A stretch of DNA of 64,000 nt, from positions 2,631 to 66,630 of the forward strand of contig JAFGKV010000134.1 of NCBI GenBank assembly GCA_016928395.1. Reading direction: 5' to 3'. The stretch is from Candidatus Fermentibacterota bacterium (GTDB taxonomy: Bacteria; JAFGKV01). Made by a program: the position numbers and the translations under genes. Each line of letters opens with the position of its first letter. The stretch's first letter is position 1. This document shows, piece by piece, positions 19,766 to 29,386 of this stretch. The notes beneath the pieces are model-generated. The model worked only from the letters and a program-made list of their open reading frames with translations, did no database searches and was not told the DNA's origin.

Positions 19766-19830
19766 GGGGAACGCCCCCCATCCTGAGACCGCTGGGCGCA
19801 CCCTCCGTGCATTCCCATGGAGTGTGGGGC

Positions 19831-22233
19831 ATGCAGATCTCCTCCCTCGCGTCGTGTGTGCTTCTCATCTCGTTCATCGCATCAGTCGTTCCGCAGGCGT
19901 CCGCCCAGGAGTGGAGCGTTGAGCATGTCGACTTCCCCCGCTGGTTCGAGCATCTGACCGACCGCTACGTCAGGGTCGATGCATCGGGAGCCCGGCATCT
20001 CGTGTATGGAGCCTTCGGTTTGTTCTACCTGAGGGTCGACGGCCTGGCCCTGCAAGAAGAGCTAGTCGACCCATCGCCCCACGTCGGGAGTCATGCGTCG
20101 CTGGCTCTGAACTCGGAGGCCCGGCCCCACGCGGCCTACGCCGATGGACTGAACGGCTTCCTTCGCTACGCCTGGAAGAGCCCCTCGGGGTGGGTCGTCG
20201 AGGTGGCAGACGGCCAGGGATCCGGTGGGCTCTACACCTCCGTGGCCCTGGATCCGTCGGACGCACCATGCATCGCCTACTATGACAGCGCAGGACAGAA
20301 TCTACGCTACGCCCACAGAACGGGATCGGGGTGGGTGGTCCAGGTCGTGGACAGCCTCGGATCGGTCGGCGAGTACGCATCAATGGCCCTTGATGCTTCC
20401 GGAGCCGGGCATATCGCCTATTTCGAGCGCACGGAAGGCGTGTCGGGCATGCTGAAGCATGCGCGATGGGATGGCTCCCAGTGGGTGATCGACAGCATCG
20501 TGCCGGCCAAGGCCGCCGGCCTGTCCATCGACCTCGACAGCGCCTCCCGCGAGCACATCACCTACGTCAGCGCCTCCAACAACCGGGCTCATGCCTTCTG
20601 GAACGGCTCTTCATGGGAGACCACCGAAGTGCACGGCATCGGCGGCTTCTCCTCGCAGGAGGCCTCGCTGGTGGTGGATGCCGCCGACGGAATTCACCTC
20701 GCATTCAGATACCATGACGCCGATCCGTATGACGCGGTGTACTCGGTGATCTATGCATACAATGGCGGATCGGGGTGGTCGTTCAACACGGTCATCGTGT
20801 CCTACACCTACGAGACCTGGGGGTATGGCGCCGTATCGCTGGCCGTAGGCGACGACGGGACGCGCCACATCGGCATCATCGACATCGGCCCTCCCGACGC
20901 GCTCAAACTGGCCATCTCGCAGCCTGGCGGCACGTGGGGAGTGCCCAACATCTCGCGGGAGAATGAGTGCGACTGGTGCAGCCTGGAACTCACCGGCGAC
21001 GCAAGCCCCAGGGTGACCTATCGCAAGACCGAGGGCCTTGACTCCAACTTCCCCCTGTGCTACGCGCAGAAGACGGAATCAGGATGGAGCATCGAGACGT
21101 TGGACCTGACGGGGTCCGGCGTATCGAAGCCTTCGCTGGATCTGGATAGCCTCGACCAGCCTCACATCGGATACTACTACTCCACGACCCCTCACCTTCG
21201 TCACGCCCTGAGAGACGACACCGGATGGCATCGGCAGATCGTGGATGCGGGAGCCCAGATCGGCCAGCACGCCTCCTTGGCGCTGGATTCCCTTGGCTTT
21301 GCCCATATAAGCTACTATGCCGGCGGAGCCGCTGATCTGAAGTATGCGTATGAGGATGACTCCGGATGGCACCTGCAGACGGTTGACTCGCAGGGCTCCG
21401 TGGGAACCCACACCTCGCTGGCTTTGGACAATGGCGACTTCCCCCACATCTGCTACTACGACGCGACAAACACGGCGCTCAAGTATTCCTTCCTGGATGG
21501 CGCCGGCTGGCATGTCGAGACGGTGGATGCGCCGGGGTCAGTCGGGACCTACGGCTCACTCGCCTTGGACGGATCGGGCTGTGCCCACATCAGCTACCGC
21601 GACGCCACCAATCTTGACCTCAAGTACGCCTACCGAGCCACAGCCGGGTGGGTCGTTATTGCCGTGGACATGGTCGGCAATGTGGGTGAGTTCACTTCAC
21701 TCGCGGTGGATCGATTCGGGAAGCCGCATATCAGCTACCACGATCATAGCAATGGCAGGCTGAAGTATGCGTATGAAGACTGGGCGGGCTGGCACGTGCT
21801 GACCCTGCCCGGCATGGGGCATGGAGGCCACTACACCTCCCTCGTGGTCGATCAGTTCCGACACGCCCATATCTGCTACGTTGACAACAATGCGGTGGCC
21901 TACGCGACGGCGGCCCTCCCACCTGCCACCAACCTCGTCGGCAGCCTGAGCAATGGGCAGTTCATCCTCATGTGGGCACCGGTGCCAGAGGCCGATGCAT
22001 ACTGGATCTATGGGTCCGCCGATGGGCCGTGGTTCACCCCGGGGTTTGGGCCGGGGTATGCGCATCGCCTGGCCGTGGTGCCGCAAGGCACGACCACATG
22101 GCAGAGTGAGAACTCGGCCGGCAATCCCGCCCAGAACTGGGCCTATCTTATTCTTGCGGTCGACCCGGCGGAACTGGAGCTCTGCCGTTCGAACCGCGTG
22201 GGCGAGTTCGACTTCGAGGCGTCGGTTCCATAG
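19831..22233 (+). CDS. Secreted 14-repeat (2 x 7) beta-propeller-like protein with Fn3-like C-terminal module ending SNRVGEFDFEASVP
   Basis: Signal MQISSLASCVLLISFIASVVPQASAQ. About 14 copies of the same 45-aa repeat as in 716..2122, for example WHVETVDAPGSVGTYGSLALDGSGCAHISYRDATNLDLKYAYRATAG. The ORF track opens at 19807. Confidence 0.85.
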   Translation: MQISSLASCVLLISFIASVVPQASAQEWSVEHVDFPRWFEHLTDRYVRVDASGARHLVYGAFGLFYLRVDGLALQEELVDPSPHVGSHASLALNSEARPHAAYADGLNGFLRYAWKSPSGWVVEVADGQGSGGLYTSVALDPSDAPCIAYYDSAGQNLRYAHRTGSGWVVQVVDSLGSVGEYASMALDASGAGHIAYFERTEGVSGMLKHARWDGSQWVIDSIVPAKAAGLSIDLDSASREHITYVSASNNRAHAFWNGSSWETTEVHGIGGFSSQEASLVVDAADGIHLAFRYHDADPYDAVYSVIYAYNGGSGWSFNTVIVSYTYETWGYGAVSLAVGDDGTRHIGIIDIGPPDALKLAISQPGGTWGVPNISRENECDWCSLELTGDASPRVTYRKTEGLDSNFPLCYAQKTESGWSIETLDLTGSGVSKPSLDLDSLDQPHIGYYYSTTPHLRHALRDDTGWHRQIVDAGAQIGQHASLALDSLGFAHISYYAGGAADLKYAYEDDSGWHLQTVDSQGSVGTHTSLALDNGDFPHICYYDATNTALKYSFLDGAGWHVETVDAPGSVGTYGSLALDGSGCAHISYRDATNLDLKYAYRATAGWVVIAVDMVGNVGEFTSLAVDRFGKPHISYHDHSNGRLKYAYEDWAGWHVLTLPGMGHGGHYTSLVVDQFRHAHICYVDNNAVAYATAALPPATNLVGSLSNGQFILMWAPVPEADAYWIYGSADGPWFTPGFGPGYAHRLAVVPQGTTTWQSENSAGNPAQNWAYLILAVDPAELELCRSNRVGEFDFEASVP

Positions 22234-22285
22234 GCTGGATCGGGGAGGCTGCTCCGAGGGGCCTGGTGGGAACAAAGAACCGGGC

Positions 22286-22313
22286 GCCCCAGGCGGCAGA
22301 GCGGCGCCTGGGC
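22286..22313. terminator. Imperfect GC-rich hairpin between convergent genes (possible bidirectional terminator)
   Basis: GCCC(C)AGGCG - 9-nt loop - CGCCTGGGC, with one bulged C. It lies between stops at 22233 (+) and 22376 (-). There is no clear U-tract. Confidence 0.3.
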
Positions 22314-22375
22314 AATCACCCGCGGAGCATGGGTCAGGACCACAAGGGGATCAGACACATCCTGTCGCCGAGAAA

Positions 22376-24511
22376 CTAGCGCACGATCAGGAACTTGCCG
22401 GTGTGTTCGGCTGAGGCCGCCTTGATGCGATAGAGATAGATCCCACCCGCGACCTCTCGGCCATCTGCGTTCTTCAGGTCCCACGCTTCCCACGACAGGC
22501 CGCTGGTGTGGCGTAGTTCTCGGATGAAGTCGCCCGCCAAGGTGTAGATCTGAATCGTGCAGACAGGGGGGAGCACGCGGAACTCCACCAGCCTGCCCGG
22601 CTGCCCGATCTCCAGCCGCGATGATCCCCGGTAGGGATTGGGCACGACGACAATCGCGCTCAGATCCCCGTCTGATATGGCACCCTCGGCGGGGATTGCC
22701 AGCTGCGCAGCGTCCCGGCTCGACTCCAGCACGCCGATGAGACCACGACGCTGCGTCCAGGCTGCATTGTGGATGCCATCGCCATTGTTGCCGTCATCGA
22801 AGGCCGTCACTACGTAGCGCAACCGGGCGCCATTCATCAGCCCCCGGTCGAGATACTCGTAGGCATACCCCGAATCTGCGCCGGCCGGCGACGGCCAGCC
22901 CATGTTCAGACCGATGGTATCGGGAAGATCATAGGTTGCCACCAGAGTCCACTCCTCACCGTCAACGGTGCGCCAAATGTTGTAGCCCTGGAAATCGGCA
23001 TACCCGACGGCGCGCTCAAACGAGCCCTCCGCCTCATCATCCCACACGACGAGCACAGATCGGTGATGGGGCTCAGCGAGGAAACGTGGGGCGTGCGGCG
23101 GTGTCGGGCCGGCGAAGTCGGGATCGAGCATCTGTTCGGCGGTGATGCCCCCATACCAAAGATGCTGGTCGTCGAAGCCGTTCACGATGGCGATGGCCGC
23201 CGTCATGACCTCCCCGGGCCCCAGATCTCCCAGTGGCCCGACGGCCAAGACCATCCTCCAGTCACCGATGTTCCGCCGCTCATCCGCATCACGGACACCG
23301 GAAACCATGAGGGAGTAGAGGGCATAGTCATCGATGGGATCTCCTCCGGTCAGGCGGTTGAGGTTCTTGTAGGTGAATGGTGGGTCGGGAATGGGTGTTT
23401 CCACAAACCGAACTCCGAAGGCCCGGGATGAAAGCAGCCCCTCGTCACCATCATTGTCTGCCCCGACGGCCATGCGAATGTCGTCGAAAAAGTAGGTGAT
23501 GTCGTCTTCCGATCGATCCCACGCTTCTTGGGACAGGTGGCCGACATCGAAATCGAAGAACGTGGCCAGGCACACATCCTCGAGGAGATACCCGCCGATA
23601 TTGGCAATGGAATACCGTATGAGAAGGATATCATCGGCATAGGCTGCAGACCACTGAAAGGAGTGCTGCACCACCTTGATGCCCAGTGGCCAGTGATCAT
23701 CGCCGGGATTCTCGACGCAGGCGGCGCAGGTGTCGACCATCACCGTCACCAGCTCCTGGGTTGTCCATGCCGCATCATCCTCGTCTATGAGCCCATCACC
23801 GTCGTCATCGCAGCTCCCCGGCACACGATCCCCATCAAGATCCGGATCGTCGGCATCGATGAGCCCGTCGCCGTCATTGTCGATGAAGTCAGCCGAAATG
23901 TCCCCCGCCGGGTCCTCGTCGATGCGGCCATCGCCATCATCATCGATCCCCATGATGCCAACCCCCAGGTAGCGCCCCTCCAACTTCGCCCGCTGCCTCG
24001 CCTCCGAGTCGGCAACGGGGCGCCGCTCGAGCCAGCTCACGCTGTGGACCGCGGAATCAGCGCGATCAGCGGGGGTCGCAAGCTCCAGGGCGCCAAACTC
24101 ATTGGTCCCGTTGTTGCTGTCGGTACAGGTCGAGACGTGGGGCTGGCCGTCTACGGTGGCGCCGACCCACAGCCCTCCGGAGAAGAGGAACACCGTCCCG
24201 CTTTCGCCGGGATACTCCAGCTCGGGAACCCAGAGGGTATCTCCGCCGGGATTTCCGAACTCCCCATCATTGCTCATGCCGAGCCACTGCAGGCCGCCGT
24301 GGTGCACCGCGTATCGTCGCTCCGCCACGATGGGAGCCGAGGTCGGCTGACACCAGGCCAATCCAGCGAGGTCAAGGCAGAAAAATGACCCATGCACCAG
24401 AGCAACCGTGCTGGCCAGAATCGCGATGAATCGAGGGTGATCACGCATGGTACGCCTCATCGTTGCCATGGTTCGGCAGCCGGCGCGGTATCGAGAATGC
24501 CCCAGAGGCAC
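22376..24511 (-). CDS. Large secreted protein with Asp-rich Ca-binding-like repeats and T9SS type-A / FlgD-Ig-like C-terminal domain
   Basis: CTD (nt 22376-22657): VVVPNPYRGSS...CTIQIYTLAGDFIRELRH...WEAWDLKNADGREVAGGIYLYRIKA...GKFLIVR. Acidic repeats: DDDGDGRIDEDPAGD..DNDGDGLIDADDPDLDGD...DDDGDGLIDEDD. The start is uncertain, with in-frame ATGs at 24511, 24469, 24460 and 24448. Confidence 0.8.
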   Translation of the reverse strand: MPLGHSRYRAGCRTMATMRRTMRDHPRFIAILASTVALVHGSFFCLDLAGLAWCQPTSAPIVAERRYAVHHGGLQWLGMSNDGEFGNPGGDTLWVPELEYPGESGTVFLFSGGLWVGATVDGQPHVSTCTDSNNGTNEFGALELATPADRADSAVHSVSWLERRPVADSEARQRAKLEGRYLGVGIMGIDDDGDGRIDEDPAGDISADFIDNDGDGLIDADDPDLDGDRVPGSCDDDGDGLIDEDDAAWTTQELVTVMVDTCAACVENPGDDHWPLGIKVVQHSFQWSAAYADDILLIRYSIANIGGYLLEDVCLATFFDFDVGHLSQEAWDRSEDDITYFFDDIRMAVGADNDGDEGLLSSRAFGVRFVETPIPDPPFTYKNLNRLTGGDPIDDYALYSLMVSGVRDADERRNIGDWRMVLAVGPLGDLGPGEVMTAAIAIVNGFDDQHLWYGGITAEQMLDPDFAGPTPPHAPRFLAEPHHRSVLVVWDDEAEGSFERAVGYADFQGYNIWRTVDGEEWTLVATYDLPDTIGLNMGWPSPAGADSGYAYEYLDRGLMNGARLRYVVTAFDDGNNGDGIHNAAWTQRRGLIGVLESSRDAAQLAIPAEGAISDGDLSAIVVVPNPYRGSSRLEIGQPGRLVEFRVLPPVCTIQIYTLAGDFIRELRHTSGLSWEAWDLKNADGREVAGGIYLYRIKAASAEHTGKFLIVR

Positions 24512-24724
24512 TCAACGGCGGCTATTTGCACCTGTCGACAAAGAATCTACTTCCGGGGGCCCTACAGGTCAAATTGGCTCCGGTGTGCTCTGGGCTTTGG
24601 GACAAGCCCACCCCGCGGCTGGGGGCAGGTCTGGGTTGCCACAGCCCGTGAGTCTCGCCCTCCGACGGAAGCGAGCCTTTGGGCTCGCCGGGTGCGGAAC
24701 CGCCCGCTTTGGTGGGAGAACGGC

Positions 24725-25372
24725 CTACAGCCGGAGCCAGACGGTGGACCCAAGCACGAACTGGAAGTTGGAGCTCTGCATGAAGAGGTGCTCCACGCCG
24801 CGCCAGCCTTTGGTGGGTACGGCGTTGAGCTGCCAGCGTATGTCGGCGGAGAGGGCCGCAAACCGAGTCAGGAAGTAGTCCATGCCGAACGCAAGGTCCA
24901 TGACGAACGAGGTCTTCACGCTGACGTCGAAGCCCGGAGTCTCGGCCTCCAGGGAGTCGAGATAGGCGGTCTTTTCGAAATCGTTGAGGCTGATCCCGAA
25001 ACCAAGGCCCCCGTGCGTAGCCAGGCCGGCCTGACCGCGGACTTTGCGGAAGGTGAATCCCAGAAGCACCGGCGTCATGCGGAGCGTGCCGGCGACCTCC
25101 CCGTCCAGCTCCAGCTCAAGCTCGTACTTCCGGGCGGACAAATCGACACCTACGAAGGTCGGATCCCGAAACATGAAGGTCAGCGTGCCTCCCATGAGCG
25201 TGGAGGCATCGCCGAACTTCGTATCCACGAACTCCACGGTATTGGACGACACGGCGTACTTCGCGTGGGTGACCGGCAGGCCTCCGAAGAGGGAAAGCCC
25301 CCAGGTATCGGCCCAGGCGCCCGACGCGACTGCCGCCAGGATGATGAGAATGGCCCAAGGTCTTCGCCGCAT
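24725..25372 (-). CDS. Outer-membrane beta-barrel protein (OmpW/porin-like)
   Basis: Signal MRRRPWAILIILAAVASGAWA, then alternating hydrophobic beta-strand patterning throughout. 215 aa. Confidence 0.6.
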   Translation of the reverse strand: MRRRPWAILIILAAVASGAWADTWGLSLFGGLPVTHAKYAVSSNTVEFVDTKFGDASTLMGGTLTFMFRDPTFVGVDLSARKYELELELDGEVAGTLRMTPVLLGFTFRKVRGQAGLATHGGLGFGISLNDFEKTAYLDSLEAETPGFDVSVKTSFVMDLAFGMDYFLTRFAALSADIRWQLNAVPTKGWRGVEHLFMQSSNFQFVLGSTVWLRL

Positions 25373-25717
25373 GTTCCTACCCCTTCTTGGGAGTCGTGAA
25401 TCATCCCCTCACACATCGAGGGCCGCAAAGTGGGATGTTTCGCCGTCTCGCGCAACCGTCAAAGGGTCGCAACCTTCGCGCAGCGGGAGACTGCGAGCAC
25501 CCCGGATGCTTCTGTTGTGAGCGATGCGGTGGAGTGCGAGGCGCGGAAGGAAGGAGGGAGGGTGGGTGGATGGATGGAGCGAACAAAGAAATCCCCCGCG
25601 ACTTCGCTCAGGGCCAACGACCGCTTCGGGAATGGGAGGGGTCAAGTGATCAAGAAGGCCGACCCAAACCCTGAAACCTGAGCCCTGAAACCTGCTCGCC
25701 GCTCGCCGCGCGAGCCG

Positions 25718-26659
25718 CTAGCTTCTCTCCTCCCGCCGGAAGGGAATGGTGAGGGCTGCGGGGGTGTCCGCGTCGCGGTGGAGACGGGCCCGCCAGGCGA
25801 TGAGCACCAAAGCCACGATGGTGGTGACATACGGCAGGGTCTGCAATAGCGGGGCTGAGACCCTGGAGCCCAGCGCCTGCATGCGGAAACTGGCCGCACC
25901 CACCACACCGAACAGGTAGGCGCCGATCAGCGCACGCCCGGGTCGCCAGAGGGAGAAGATCACCACGGCCAGGGCTATCCAGCCTCGGCCCGCCACCATG
26001 CGCTCGATCCACATACGATTGTAGGCCAGCGAGAGATGCGCTCCTGCCAGCCCCGCCATGAACCCGGCGAAGGCTGTTGCCAGCATCCGTACCCTGATGA
26101 CGGGCACCCCCTGTACGTCTGCAGCCTCGGGATTCTCTCCCACGGCGCGCACGGCCAGGCCCCACGTAGTGCGCATCAGAAAATACCTGATCACCGGCAC
26201 CAGGAGCACGGCGGCGTAAACCAGGGGATCGTGCCGGAACAGGGCCGGACCGACCAGCGGGATATCTGCCAGCAGCGGCACAGCTACCGGGGCGATACCC
26301 GGCGCGGTCTGCCCGATGAAGCATTGCCCAAAGAACCCCGAGATTCCTGTCCCCAGTATCATGAGAGCAAGCCCGGCCACCACCTGGCTGGCGCCGAGCA
26401 TCACTGTGAAGACCCCGTGGAGGAGGCCCATGAGCATGCCCGCGCATGCGGCCGCGCCCAGGGCAAGGGCGGGATTGCCTGTGGCGTGGCTTGCGGCAAA
26501 ACCCGTCAGAGCTCCCACCAGCATGATTCCCTCGATGCCCAGGTTCAGCACCCCTGAGCGCTCCAGTACCAGCTCTCCCAGTGCGGCAAGAAGCACGGCC
26601 GTCCCGCCCTGCATACCGGCGGCTACGAGACCGGCGCCCATGCCCATCAGATCAATCAT
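25718..26659 (-). CDS. ABC transporter permease (BMP/nucleoside-type importer)
   Basis: Polytopic membrane protein. ATG 26659 overlaps the upstream permease stop (26652-26654) by 8 nt. The ORF-track extension to 26812 overlaps the upstream gene and is unlikely. Confidence 0.8.
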   Translation of the reverse strand: MIDLMGMGAGLVAAGMQGGTAVLLAALGELVLERSGVLNLGIEGIMLVGALTGFAASHATGNPALALGAAACAGMLMGLLHGVFTVMLGASQVVAGLALMILGTGISGFFGQCFIGQTAPGIAPVAVPLLADIPLVGPALFRHDPLVYAAVLLVPVIRYFLMRTTWGLAVRAVGENPEAADVQGVPVIRVRMLATAFAGFMAGLAGAHLSLAYNRMWIERMVAGRGWIALAVVIFSLWRPGRALIGAYLFGVVGAASFRMQALGSRVSAPLLQTLPYVTTIVALVLIAWRARLHRDADTPAALTIPFRREERS

Positions 26660-27743
26660 GGACGACGCCCTCACTGAGCGCGGAGCCCTGGTGAACAACC
26701 CAGGCCATTCGCCAGTTCGCCGCCGCGTCCGCAGCCAGCACCGAGAGCAAGATGAGACCCTGGAGCACATCCACGAGAGACGAAGAAATGCCCATGACCT
26801 GAAGTTGTTCACCGCCGGTGAGCAAAACCCCGAACAGGAAGGCTACCAGGGGCACCGCGAGGGGATGGAGCCGGGCCAGCCACGCCACCAGAATGGCCGT
26901 ATAGCCGTAGCCCGGGGAGAAACGAGGCTGCAAGCGATGGAGTACCCCCGATAGTTCGACTCCGCCGGCCATACCGGCCAGGGTGCCCGAGAGGATCATC
27001 ACCACCACTGCATCACGCTTCACCCGATAGCCCGCATACTCGGCGGCGCGGACATTGCTGCCGGCAACCCGTACTTGAAACCCCCATTTCGTCCGCCACA
27101 GAAGCGCCCAGAGCGCCAGGGAGCATAGCACTCCAACGAAAAGCCCGACATGAAGACGGGTGCCCGCAAAGGCCGGCAGCGCAGCGTCATCGGGAAAGCG
27201 ATCCGACATGGGGAAGCCGAAGGTGGTCTTCCCTTTCCACGGGCCGTAACAGAGATGGTCTGCCACCAGAATGGCCACGTAGTTGCCCATGAGGGTGACC
27301 AGGATCTCGCTCACACCGAGCGTCGCTCTGAGGACGCCGGGCACCGCGGCCCAAACCGCGCCGGCAGCGCACGCCGCGACGAGCATGAGCGGCGCCCGGG
27401 GAAGGCCGAAGTCCGGCGTGAACAGGGCCACGTAGGTAGCGGCCAGCGCCCCGGCATAGAGCTGGCCCTCGGCGCCGATGTTCCACAGGCGCATCCGGAA
27501 GGCCACGGCCACGGCCAGGCCCGTCAGGATAAGGGGGATGGCTTTCACGAGGGTCTCAAAGAATCCGTAGGAGGTGCCCAAGGGATCCACCAGAAGGGCT
27601 CGATACGCCCCTGCGGCGTCGATGCCGGAGGCTTCAAGGAAGAGATATCCGGCCAGGAGCGCGACGCCGATGGAACCGGCGATGGTGAGGCTGTCGTGAA
27701 GCGCGGAGCGACCATGTCGCCGGTGAAAGATGAGGCGTCTCAC
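26652..27743 (-). CDS. ABC transporter permease (BMP/nucleoside-type importer)
   Basis: Polytopic membrane protein of 363 aa. Its start overlaps the ATPase stop by 4 nt. Confidence 0.8.
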   Translation of the reverse strand: MRRLIFHRRHGRSALHDSLTIAGSIGVALLAGYLFLEASGIDAAGAYRALLVDPLGTSYGFFETLVKAIPLILTGLAVAVAFRMRLWNIGAEGQLYAGALAATYVALFTPDFGLPRAPLMLVAACAAGAVWAAVPGVLRATLGVSEILVTLMGNYVAILVADHLCYGPWKGKTTFGFPMSDRFPDDAALPAFAGTRLHVGLFVGVLCSLALWALLWRTKWGFQVRVAGSNVRAAEYAGYRVKRDAVVVMILSGTLAGMAGGVELSGVLHRLQPRFSPGYGYTAILVAWLARLHPLAVPLVAFLFGVLLTGGEQLQVMGISSSLVDVLQGLILLSVLAADAAANWRMAWVVHQGSALSEGVVHD

Positions 27744-29302
27744 GGGGTCGATCTCGGGCCCAGCATATCCAGGCCGAGTTGCAGGGGCGTCGTGGCCTCG
27801 GGGCGACGCTGGGCCACGATTCTCCCGCGAAACAGCACGACGATTCGCTGGCTGAGCGACAGGAGCTGATCAAAATCCTCGCTGATCAAGACAATGGCTG
27901 TGCCTGAGGATGCCAGTGCCCGAAGTCTGGCCTCGACGAAGCCTGTCGCCTGCACATCAAGCCCGTGAAGAGGGTACTCGGCGATCAACATGACGGGGCA
28001 CTGCAAGGTCTCCCGGCCGACGATGAGCTTCTGGATAGTGCCGCCCGACAGGAGACGAACCAGCCTGCCCGGATCGCCCGGTTCGATCCCCTCCGACCGC
28101 GCAAGATCCGCGCCCATACGCCACACGGCGCCCCGGGAAAGCCAGTGTCCCCGGCCAAGACGCGGATGGTGAAGCCACGTGAGCGCCGCATTTTCCGCCA
28201 ATGAGAGATCCTGGGCCACGCCACGACCCCGCCGGTCTCCCGGCACATACCGCACGCCCCGCATGCGGAACCTGTGTGCAGACATCCCGGTCATGTCGTC
28301 TCCGTCGACCAGAATCGAGCCAGCCGAAGGCGCTCGAAGTCCCGCCAGCACTTCGGCAAGAGCCGATTGACCCGCGCCGGCCACCCCGGCGACTCCGAGG
28401 ATCTCTCCCGCACGAACCTCGAGGCTAACATCAGTCAGTGACTGAACCCCATGGAGACCGTCGGCCTGAACATGCTGGAGTTTAAGGACCACTCGGCCCG
28501 GGGCGGGAGCCGGCGATGAGTACTCCGAGCGCGCCGCAGGGGAACCCATCATGTGTGCGACCAGATCGCCCGGGGCACAGGCGACTGCCGGGGCGCTATG
28601 CACCACTCGTCCCTGGCGTAACACGGTGATGCGATCGGCGAGGTGCAGGACCTCGTCCAGTCTGTGGCTGATGAACACCACCGATGCGCCGTCTCTGATC
28701 AAGGTGCGCATCGTGGCGAACAGCCCTGCCGTCTCCTGCGGTGTCAGCACCGCGGTGGGCTCGTCAAGGATGAGGACGACGACCTCCCGAGCCAGATTCC
28801 GCAAGATGTCCGCCTGCTGGCGTTCCGCCACCGAAAGCTCGGCCACCCGCCTCTGGGGATCGAGGGGAAACCCCAGTCGTTCCGCCATGGCTGACGCTCG
28901 AGCGAGGAGTTCTCGCCGCCGGACTATCCGGGGCATCGAACGATCTCCCACCGCCATGTTTTCCGCCACGGTCATGCGGGAGAGTAGCATGCTGTGCTGA
29001 TAGACCATGCCTATGCCCGCCTTCAACGCGTCGGCGGGTGAACGGAAGCATGTCGACCTGCCACGCACGCGGATCGTACCGGCGTCCATGCTGTATGATC
29101 CGGCCAGGATACTCATGAGCGTGCTCTTGCCGGCGCCGTTGGCGCCCAGCAGGGCATGGATCTCGCCCGGCCAGAGGTCGAGATCGATGTGATCGTTGGC
29201 TTTGACTGGTCCGAAGGACTTGGTGATGCCGCGCAGTTCTACGACCGGATCCAGCGTGACCTCACGGGAGAGTTGGGGCGCGGGATGGAATGATTGACGC
29301 AT
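27740..29302 (-). CDS. ABC transporter ATP-binding protein with duplicated ATPase domains
   Basis: Two Walker A motifs (GANGAGKST, GVAGAGQS), an LSGG signature and Walker B LILDEPT. 520 aa. Confidence 0.9.
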   Translation of the reverse strand: MRQSFHPAPQLSREVTLDPVVELRGITKSFGPVKANDHIDLDLWPGEIHALLGANGAGKSTLMSILAGSYSMDAGTIRVRGRSTCFRSPADALKAGIGMVYQHSMLLSRMTVAENMAVGDRSMPRIVRRRELLARASAMAERLGFPLDPQRRVAELSVAERQQADILRNLAREVVVLILDEPTAVLTPQETAGLFATMRTLIRDGASVVFISHRLDEVLHLADRITVLRQGRVVHSAPAVACAPGDLVAHMMGSPAARSEYSSPAPAPGRVVLKLQHVQADGLHGVQSLTDVSLEVRAGEILGVAGVAGAGQSALAEVLAGLRAPSAGSILVDGDDMTGMSAHRFRMRGVRYVPGDRRGRGVAQDLSLAENAALTWLHHPRLGRGHWLSRGAVWRMGADLARSEGIEPGDPGRLVRLLSGGTIQKLIVGRETLQCPVMLIAEYPLHGLDVQATGFVEARLRALASSGTAIVLISEDFDQLLSLSQRIVVLFRGRIVAQRRPEATTPLQLGLDMLGPRSTP

Positions 29303-29386
29303 GGATTGATGGGAGCATCGTACGTCCGATCATCCACCCATCCAGTCATCCAATCATCCAATCATCCAGATTTCCAGGGCACACTG

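Noticed and set aside
24392-25399. 335-aa plus-strand ORF
   Set aside because: It is antisense to the well-formed OMP gene (24725..25372) and to the 5' end of 22376..24511. It has low-complexity Arg/Gly-rich composition. Shadow ORF.
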